A DNA stretch of 55,038 nucleotides. Source: an uncultured Bacteroidota bacterium. GTDB taxonomy: Bacteria; Bacteroidota; Bacteroidia; UKL13-3. Numbering within the stretch: position 1 is the stretch's first letter; each line of letters starts with the position of its first letter. The notes beneath the pieces are model-generated. The model saw only the letters and a program-made list of their open reading frames with translations, did not search any database and had not been told where the DNA came from. The DNA lies in assembly GCA_903927505.1 (NCBI GenBank), contig CAIYNF010000059.1, positions 1 to 55,038 on the forward strand, given 5' to 3'. Shown here in pieces: positions 46,001-52,490 of the stretch. The translations under genes were made by a program, and so were the position numbers.

Positions 46001-47183
46001 TTAAGGAGTCGTTATTGAGGAAGTTTAATAAACTAGTGCTTGAGCTGTAACCATTGATTGATGCAGCGTCTGCATTTGCAACAATTAATGGCGCAGTAAC
46101 AGTAATGCTAGCCGTTGCGGTATCGCAATTGGTGGTGTTTAGCGTATCACAATTATTATAAGTTATGGTATATAATGCAGCTGGTGTATAAGCAGCCACA
46201 CTAATTATTCCTGTGCTGGTATTTAATGAAATGCCAGGGTGACTAGCAGCTGTAACAATAGATGTATTTACTGAACCACCTGTAACAGTAATTCCATTAA
46301 TTAAATCATTGGTGTAAATATTTATTGTATTTGGGTTGCCTATTATTCCATTTACACTTGCACTTTCACTGTTTGCACTAATTATTGGTGCTGAAACAGT
46401 TATTGTAACCGTTGCACTGCTACAATTGGCAGTATTAAAGGTGTCGCAAATTTGGTAGGTAAAGTTGTAAACGCCTGCAATTATACCTGCAGTAATTGCT
46501 ACATTTCCATTTGCAGTATTAAATACAATATGGGCGTTAGAAGGTGCAACAAGCAGCGTTGTGTTTAGTGCCGAACCAATTGCTGCTGAATTGTTTAATG
46601 AATCATTGCTAAAAACATTTAACAAGTTTGCGTTTGATGTGTATCCATTAATTGATGCAGCATCTGCATTTGCTTTAATAGCTGGCGCATTCACATGCAC
46701 AAAAGCATAAGCGCTTGCAAAATTTGTTGGATCTAATGGATCCTCAATTGTGTATGGTATGTTGTAGTCTCCTGAAGGCGTAAACGCCGAAACGCCTAAC
46801 ACACCAGTAAGGGTATCAATACTAAAATGCGCATTGGGTAAACTAATTGTTAGTTTGGTATTGGCACCAATGAGCGGTAGTAGGTTAAATGAATCGTTTG
46901 CGTATATGTTGAGCAAACTTGCATTTCCTGCATAGCCATTTACTATTCCAGAGTCTGGTTTAGCATCAAAATAGGCCGTTGGAGGCGCCATTAAGTTGGT
47001 ACGTTTTGGATTTGCCCAATTGCCAGAATGTTTAATTCCAGGCTTCATTTTTGCATTTCTTTCAGAATTGGTTCGCGCAAAACTTGGATTCATGGCTGCA
47101 GTAAATAGCAGCACAAATGCGGTAAAGGCTAAAAACTTTTTCTGTTTGAAAAGTCGATATTCCATATCAGTAATTGTATTCAT
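40065..47183 (-). CDS. Giant cell-surface adhesin with T9SS type B (gliding-motility-associated) C-terminal sorting domain
   Basis: 2372 aa with a signal peptide ([30 protein letters not shown]). It has 19 tandem 98-99-aa modules plus 1 divergent cadherin-like module. Three SprB-type repeats and a 96-aa CTD follow. Confidence 0.9.
   Translation of the reverse strand: [2372 protein letters not shown]
40068..40355 (-). other. T9SS type B sorting domain (CHU_C / gliding motility-associated C-terminal domain)
   Basis: [57 protein letters not shown] matches the TIGR04131-type pattern. Confidence 0.85.
40356..41057 (-). repeat. Three SprB-type repeats (coding)
   Basis: [48 protein letters not shown] and [24 protein letters not shown]. 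Confidence 0.75.
41349..46988 (-). repeat. Array of 19 tandem 98-99-aa (about 297-nt) coding modules
   Basis: Consensus ..AP.I.AN.D...VNGY.[14 protein letters not shown]......V.L......S..GISLN..TG.ISVA..TPAG.YTI.Y.ICDTLN..NCDTA.V.ITV. Boundaries were placed by hand (aa 66-1945). Confidence 0.85.
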
Positions 47184-47342
47184 GTGAGAGTATGGCTTTG
47201 TATTTCAAGTGCGTAAAGGTATCTGCAGTTTTTAAAAAATTAAAGAAATCCCTGCATAAACCTTCATGCAAGTTAAGTAAAATGTGGATAACTTGTTAAA
47301 TTGTTTTTAATTCATTTTAAGGTCAATAATGACCAATTAATT

Positions 47343-47350
47343 CAAAAATA
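47343..47350 (-). promoter_or_regulatory. Candidate Bacteroidota -7 box (TAnnTTTG) for the adhesin operon
   Basis: The minus strand reads TATTTTTG. It is part of the palindrome CAAAAATATTTTTG (47343-47356), about 160 nt upstream of the adhesin ATG. Confidence 0.2.
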
Positions 47351-47714
47351 TTTTTGTAATTAAATGAAATACAGTTTGTTTCGTATCAAACCATCTTGGA
47401 CTAGATTTCAGTGAAGTCTTGTTTTTCAATAGTTTATTTCCTTCAATGGTGGGGTTTATTCCATTTTACATGGAATATATTGATAATCGTTTTGACCCAT
47501 GTGAAGACTTGCCAGATGGCTTACCTGGCATAGGAATGAGGCAAATTTTTATTGAGTAATAATTACCATCTGAAAATTAGAATAGGGCAAAGTGTAAAGT
47601 TTATAGGATAATGAACACAACAAATTATTGTAGCTACTGCAATCCAAAGAGAATGTCGCACTTGCGAAAACCAAATTTTGTTTGTTTTTGCCAATTAAAG
47701 CAAGCGCAGTGTAA

Positions 47715-48092
47715 TTATGAGCTTAAAATTTCCTTGTTTATTTCCGAGTTATTTTCGCTTTGCGTAGGGAATATTTTTTTAAGAAGCTTGATGACCAATT
47801 TGGAAAGCAAAACACTGGCTATTTTTCCAGCACTTTGTTTAATGTTGTTTTTTGTTTGTTCGCCGCCAATAAAGGGGAGCACGGCATTTTCTAAAAGCGA
47901 ATAATAGAAAGAGAAATTTGAATTGGTTTTTTCGCTAAACGGGTTTATTTGCGCCCAAAGTATACCTATTTTGTTTTCACTAAAATAGGAATTCATAGAT
48001 TTCATCTTTGATTTTCTTTCTTCTATTTGGCTGCGTAAATTTTCTTTTTTTGCCAACAATTCCTCTAAATTTTTTATTCCTTCTGTATTCAT
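47715..48092 (-). CDS. Hypothetical protein, 125 aa
   Basis: Last gene of a tight three-gene minus-strand cluster, with a coiled N-terminus. No motif recognised. Confidence 0.45.
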   Translation of the reverse strand: MNTEGIKNLEELLAKKENLRSQIEERKSKMKSMNSYFSENKIGILWAQINPFSEKTNSNFSFYYSLLENAVLPFIGGEQTKNNIKQSAGKIASVLLSKLVIKLLKKIFPTQSENNSEINKEILSS

Positions 48093-48125
48093 TTTTTTTC
48101 TGTTTTTTTAGGAGTAAAATTGCTG

Positions 48126-48503
48126 TTAATTTTTAGAAGAATTTTGACCTGTTAATAATTGTTTAATTAACAAATTAATAATAGGCTTTTCTAATTTTCT
48201 TTTGAATAAAAAAGCAAATAGGCTCAAACCAATATAAATAGCCGCAACAATTAAAAAACCAGTAAAATTACTCTGGTAAATTTCACCTAAATAAAGGCCA
48301 AGTACAATGCTGGCAAAAAAGAAAGAAATCATGAAGAATGCTATAATTACAATACCTGTTATTAATTTAGCAGTGAGAATGGATGTTTTTTCAACCACTG
48401 TTAATTGCATTAATTCTACTCTTTCTTCTAAATATTCCAATAATATATTTTTATAGGAATCGAAGAAATTTTCGTTTAAATTTTCATTATTTTCTTCGTT
48501 CAT
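48126..48503 (-). CDS. Small two-TM membrane protein (holin-X / DUF1469-like)
   Basis: MNEENNENLNENFF.. then two hydrophobic helices (ITGIVIIAFFMISFFFASIVLGL and FLIVAAIYIGLSLFAFLF). The ATG at 48503 lies 1 nt after the upstream stop. Confidence 0.5.
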   Translation of the reverse strand: MNEENNENLNENFFDSYKNILLEYLEERVELMQLTVVEKTSILTAKLITGIVIIAFFMISFFFASIVLGLYLGEIYQSNFTGFLIVAAIYIGLSLFAFLFKRKLEKPIINLLIKQLLTGQNSSKN

Positions 48504-48504
48504 T

Positions 48505-48708
48505 TTATTGGGTATTATTTGAGCTATCAACGTCATTTGTTGTCTTATTGTTTTTAGGTAAAATTTCTTCAAAAATATTGCCTAATTTTTCCTTCATTTT
48601 TTGCATGGTTTTTTTACCCTCTTCACTACTTACTAACCAAGTAACAACAGCAGCACTGGCAGCACCTAAAATAAAGGGAATTAATTTATTGTTTTTGTTG
48701 TTGGGCAT
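48505..48708 (-). CDS. YtxH-like small membrane-anchored protein
   Basis: LIPFILGAASAAVVTWLVSSEEGKKTMQKMKEKLGNIFE is a typical YtxH N-terminal helix followed by a charged helix. Confidence 0.55.
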   Translation of the reverse strand: MPNNKNNKLIPFILGAASAAVVTWLVSSEEGKKTMQKMKEKLGNIFEEILPKNNKTTNDVDSSNNTQ

Positions 48709-48853
48709 TACATTTAAATTGAGTTACAAATATACGATTGGGAGTGAATGAAATGGCAAAATTTAGCATTGCTACTAGAAATTATGATTCTTATGGCAAT
48801 ATTTTATAAATTGGATAAATATCTGGAGATGCATAACTTGCAAAAAATATATT

Positions 48854-51751
48854 TTGAAAAAAAAGCTGTCAATTTTATTGCTGTATTTGATCCTCTATTT
48901 GCTTGTATACGCAAATTGCCTTCAAGCACAGGGAAATAAAATTGTTTTAAAAGCAGGAAAGGATTATGTTTTATATTCAGAAAAGGATGGCCTTGCTGGC
49001 AACTTGATTTCTGATGTAGCTTCCGATTTAACAGGGTATACTTGGATGGCAACCAATAAGGGCTTGTCACGATGTGATGGCTTGCATTTTGTAAATTTCC
49101 CTTTAGATAGTAATACTACATTTTTTAGTGATAGGCAAGTCAATAAATTGTACCTCTATCAAAACTATTTGTATTTAATTTCATATACACAGGGATGCAT
49201 ACGTTTGGATTTGAATACGTATCATTTTTCTTGGGTTTCTAAAATTGGTGTCAAAGACCTTTTTCACCTTACACCTACTAATTTTGCCTTAATACATACC
49301 AATGGTGTTATGCAACTTTTCAATAATGGGGAAGTTTTTCAGAGAAAATTTGGAAGAGAGGTTAATGCTGCCATTACTGGAAGAAATGCGTTTTTTTATG
49401 TTGGTTTACCGGGCTTAGGTATATTTAAATATGCCGCAGCAAATTTAAAGTTGATTAAGCGGGCTCGAACCCAATTTAATGCCTCAGTTCCCAAGTTGTT
49501 ATGGACAAAAGACAATAAGATTAATTTTAGAGGTGGGTTTGGAAATTATTTATTTGATGAGAATTTAACAATTGAAAAGCATTTGTCTACTTTAACAAAT
49601 GCTACATATATTAATTCTTTTTCATGGAATAGCACAGGCGATTTTTATTCAATTATTAATGGAGTTGATTTTAATATTCATTTAAACGGGAAAGATTTTC
49701 CAGTTTCTTTTGATGGATTTGTTAATGCAGAATTGCGCTGTATAGTTCATTCTAAAGAGCCTTATTATTGGATTGGTACCAATCAAGGTATTTTAAAAGT
49801 AAAGGAACTTTCCTCGTCAATTAAGGTGATAGACGACAATCATTTATTTAACAATAAGGTTATTCGTGTTCGGCGTAAAATAATTGAAGCGCCAAATAAA
49901 GATTTATTCTTTTTAGGATATCCAAATATTATCCTTAAAAGAGCAGGTGAATTAACAAAAATTTCTCACCCTCCAATTTCTAGTTATGATGGTTTTTTAT
50001 TTAGAAATCAATTATTTTTTGTTGCTGAGGAGAATTTATTTTGCAGATTAAACATTGCAGATTTTTCCTATGATTTTCAGAAAGTTCCTGCCAAATTACA
50101 TAATGGAAATTTGTTTTCAATATGTTTAATGGATTCTACGCATATCTTATTGGGCGGCGCTAAGGGTATTTTTACTTACCATATTCCAAGTAATTCCTTT
50201 TCAAAAATTAATACACAAGAAACCACTTTAAATGATATCAATATTTATAGTATTATTTCTTATAAAGAGAATTATTTTATAAGTAGTAATAAAGGATTGT
50301 TTGTTGTTAATTTTAGTAAGAATAAGGTTTCTAGTAAAGATTTTACTATCTCTAATATTTTAAAAATTCCCTTACAAACGGATCTAGTTAAAAGTGTTTT
50401 AATTGTTGCAGATTACTCGCAGTTGTGGGTGGCAACAACTAATGGGATAGAAATTCTTAATTTAATTAATTATTCACCTATTCAGCTTTTAAATGAGGAA
50501 AATGGTTTGCCAAGCAAATTAGTAACCGAAATGATACGTGATGATAAATCACGTGTTTGGATTTCTACCTACAAAGGAATTACCTCTATGTCAATAGCGT
50601 CAAAAACGTATTTTAATTTAACAAATGAATTGGGTTGTAGTAATTATGAATACAATTACAAATCGGGAATAAGGCTTTCAAACGGTAAAATTATTTTTGG
50701 CGGATTAAATGCTTATGATGAAATTAATCCAAAATTGTTTGACAATAAAAAAAGAACAAGAAAATTATCTCTTACCTCTTATACGCAGAATAATAAAAAT
50801 AGCAAAGAGGTATTTGTGCAATCAGTTTTAAATACACAAATTCATTATCTATTTGGTGCTAACTATTTGCAATTATTTTTTAGTCCATTTGACTATATGC
50901 ATTCGGATGGGTATCAATATGAATACAGCATTGATGGCAATGATTGGATAAAAATGAATAAGGATGGAAGCTTAATTTTAACCAATTTAGAGCCTGGCTT
51001 GCATTATGTTTATTCCCGCTCAATTGACCCAAATGGGGCTTATATCTTTGGTTCTTTTGCCATACCTGTTTTGGTAGAAATTGAGTTTTATAAAGAAAAG
51101 TGGTTTTTATTGCTTTTGCTTTATTTGATTATTATTCTTGGCATCGTTTTTATTATTTCTTTGCTATTAAGCAAACGCAAAGAGGCACGACTAAAGAGTA
51201 GAATTAGTATGGATTTGCATGATGAAATTGGAACCATCATAAATAGATCCTTGATGATGTTAAATAATCAATCTGATACTGCCAAGGTTGTTTCTAATTT
51301 ATATGAGGCCTTGTTTGCCTTGCGTATTTATATAAAAACACTCAAGCACAAACAGTATCCTTTTTCCGAATTAAATGATGATTTGCAGCATTTTTTAACT
51401 GGATTTTTTGACAATTCAAGTTATATGTTAAATTTTATCAATTATGTGCCAGATAACCTTGAGATAAGTTCTGAATTATTTAGAGATATTCGCCTGTGTG
51501 TTTATGAGGCTTCAAATAATACCCTGAAATATGCAAATGGGAATATGGTTACATTTACTATGGCTATTATAAATAATGAGTTATATGTTCGCTTTTCTGA
51601 TAATGGCAAATTATTGGATGTTAATACTATTTTTGCCAAAGGAAACGGCATTTCAAATATTGGGAAACGCGTTAAACGAAATGCTGGTAAATTAGATTTT
51701 TCGGTTAATAATACTCATGGCTTACTTCTACAAATGTGCTTTAAATTATGA
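48854..51751 (+). CDS. Sensor histidine kinase with large extracytoplasmic beta-propeller/Y_Y_Y-type domain
   Basis: TTG start and signal peptide. About 730 aa are propeller-like, then comes a Y_Y_Y-like segment (..YQYEYSIDGNDWIKM..). After a TM helix (WFLLLLLYLIIILGIVFIISLLL) there is a HisKA_3 H-box (ISMDLHDEIGT) and a HATPase tail. Confidence 0.8.
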   Translation: MKKKLSILLLYLILYLLVYANCLQAQGNKIVLKAGKDYVLYSEKDGLAGNLISDVASDLTGYTWMATNKGLSRCDGLHFVNFPLDSNTTFFSDRQVNKLYLYQNYLYLISYTQGCIRLDLNTYHFSWVSKIGVKDLFHLTPTNFALIHTNGVMQLFNNGEVFQRKFGREVNAAITGRNAFFYVGLPGLGIFKYAAANLKLIKRARTQFNASVPKLLWTKDNKINFRGGFGNYLFDENLTIEKHLSTLTNATYINSFSWNSTGDFYSIINGVDFNIHLNGKDFPVSFDGFVNAELRCIVHSKEPYYWIGTNQGILKVKELSSSIKVIDDNHLFNNKVIRVRRKIIEAPNKDLFFLGYPNIILKRAGELTKISHPPISSYDGFLFRNQLFFVAEENLFCRLNIADFSYDFQKVPAKLHNGNLFSICLMDSTHILLGGAKGIFTYHIPSNSFSKINTQETTLNDINIYSIISYKENYFISSNKGLFVVNFSKNKVSSKDFTISNILKIPLQTDLVKSVLIVADYSQLWVATTNGIEILNLINYSPIQLLNEENGLPSKLVTEMIRDDKSRVWISTYKGITSMSIASKTYFNLTNELGCSNYEYNYKSGIRLSNGKIIFGGLNAYDEINPKLFDNKKRTRKLSLTSYTQNNKNSKEVFVQSVLNTQIHYLFGANYLQLFFSPFDYMHSDGYQYEYSIDGNDWIKMNKDGSLILTNLEPGLHYVYSRSIDPNGAYIFGSFAIPVLVEIEFYKEKWFLLLLLYLIIILGIVFIISLLLSKRKEARLKSRISMDLHDEIGTIINRSLMMLNNQSDTAKVVSNLYEALFALRIYIKTLKHKQYPFSELNDDLQHFLTGFFDNSSYMLNFINYVPDNLEISSELFRDIRLCVYEASNNTLKYANGNMVTFTMAIINNELYVRFSDNGKLLDVNTIFAKGNGISNIGKRVKRNAGKLDFSVNNTHGLLLQMCFKL

Positions 51752-52353
51752 AAACAATTGCCATCATTGATGATGATTTTACCTTGGGTGAAATTTTAGA
51801 GAAACGTGTTAATGATTCAAGTGCATTTACTTCTTTAGGTGCTTTTTTGGGGCCACTTTCCTTTTTAGAGGCTCAGATTAAAGTTGATTTTATTTTGTTG
51901 GATATTACCATGGGAGAAATGAATGGCATTGATGCTATACCTTTAATTTTAGCAAAATATCCGAATACGCAAATAGTAATGAATTCTATTATTGACGATA
52001 CTGAAGTGATCTTAAAAGCCTTGCAATTAGGTGCTGTTGGTTATATAGACAAACAAAGTACCGATATAGATATTATCAATGGGGTGCATACTATTTCCAA
52101 GGGTGGCGCTTATATGACACCAGCCATTGCCCGTAAAGTGGTTAATTATTTTGGCCAACGCAGTAATTTATTAGAAGATTTAACCAACCGTGAGAAAGAA
52201 GTAGCGAAGGGCGTTTTGGATGGATTAAGTTATAAATTGATTGCAGATAAATTGCATATTTCAATTGATACAGTGCGCATGCACATTAAGAAGATTTACA
52301 GAAAATTAAATATAAACAGCAAATCTGAATTGTTTCATTTTATAAATAAATAG
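51748..52353 (+). CDS. NarL/LuxR-family response regulator
   Basis: Receiver domain (IIDDD.., phospho-Asp context FILLDITM) and a C-terminal LuxR HTH (LTNREKEVAKGVLDGLSYKLIADKLHISIDTVRMHIKKIYRKL). The ATGA overlaps the kinase stop. Confidence 0.88.
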   Translation: MKTIAIIDDDFTLGEILEKRVNDSSAFTSLGAFLGPLSFLEAQIKVDFILLDITMGEMNGIDAIPLILAKYPNTQIVMNSIIDDTEVILKALQLGAVGYIDKQSTDIDIINGVHTISKGGAYMTPAIARKVVNYFGQRSNLLEDLTNREKEVAKGVLDGLSYKLIADKLHISIDTVRMHIKKIYRKLNINSKSELFHFINK

Positions 52354-52392
52354 TTTATTTCTATTATTTGATTTATTAAGATTTAAGTAAAA

Positions 52393-52425
52393 AAATGGCG
52401 CCTTATTGGGTGCCATTTTTGTTTC
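52393..52425 (+). terminator. Intrinsic terminator after the response regulator
   Basis: AAATGGCGCC-TTATT-GGGTGCCATTT forms a 10-bp stem (one G.U), followed by TTGTTT. Confidence 0.6.
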
Positions 52426-52474
52426 TATTAGCTGTTATTCACTACCTTTTTATTTAACATACATGGCCCAAAAT

Positions 52475-52490
52475 ACACATGAACATGTGT
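52475..52490. promoter_or_regulatory. Inverted repeat ACACATG-N2-CATGTGT upstream of the FG-GAP adhesin gene
   Basis: Perfect 7-bp half-sites in the 384-nt intergenic region. This is a candidate operator. Confidence 0.25.

Noticed and set aside
41349-46988. Regular periodicity of about 297 nt that could be mistaken for a CRISPR-like or satellite array
   Set aside because: The period is one continuous open reading frame encoding diverged protein modules (about 40-65% aa identity). There are no short identical direct repeats with unique spacers.
41635-47187. Plus-strand ORFs (41635..42006, 42061..42246, 44680..44985, 45619..45864, 46996..47187) inside the adhesin gene
   Set aside because: They are antisense shadows of the repetitive 7.1-kb minus-strand CDS. 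Each recurs with the repeat periodicity (..AVSQL.GFKVSQMRY..), as expected from translating the repeat backwards.
47410-47511. GTGAAGTCTTG / GTGAAGACTTG pair about 88 nt apart as possible invertase recognition repeats flanking an invertible promoter
   Set aside because: They form a 10/11 direct repeat and only a 7-bp inverted match (AAGTCTT/AAGACTT). That is far shorter than known Bacteroidota invertible-promoter repeats, and no recombinase gene is nearby.
47446-47559. 37-aa ORF MVGFIPFYMEYIDNRFDPCEDLPDGLPGIGMRQIFIE in the adhesin upstream region
   Set aside because: The sequence looks protein-like, but it is isolated, short and without detectable signals. It is noted only as a possible remnant or small protein to check by conservation.
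47611-47904. Plus-strand ORF of 97 aa overlapping gene 47715..48092
   Set aside because: It overlaps the better-supported minus-strand gene of the three-gene cluster, and its translation is low-complexity and hydrophobic with no motifs.
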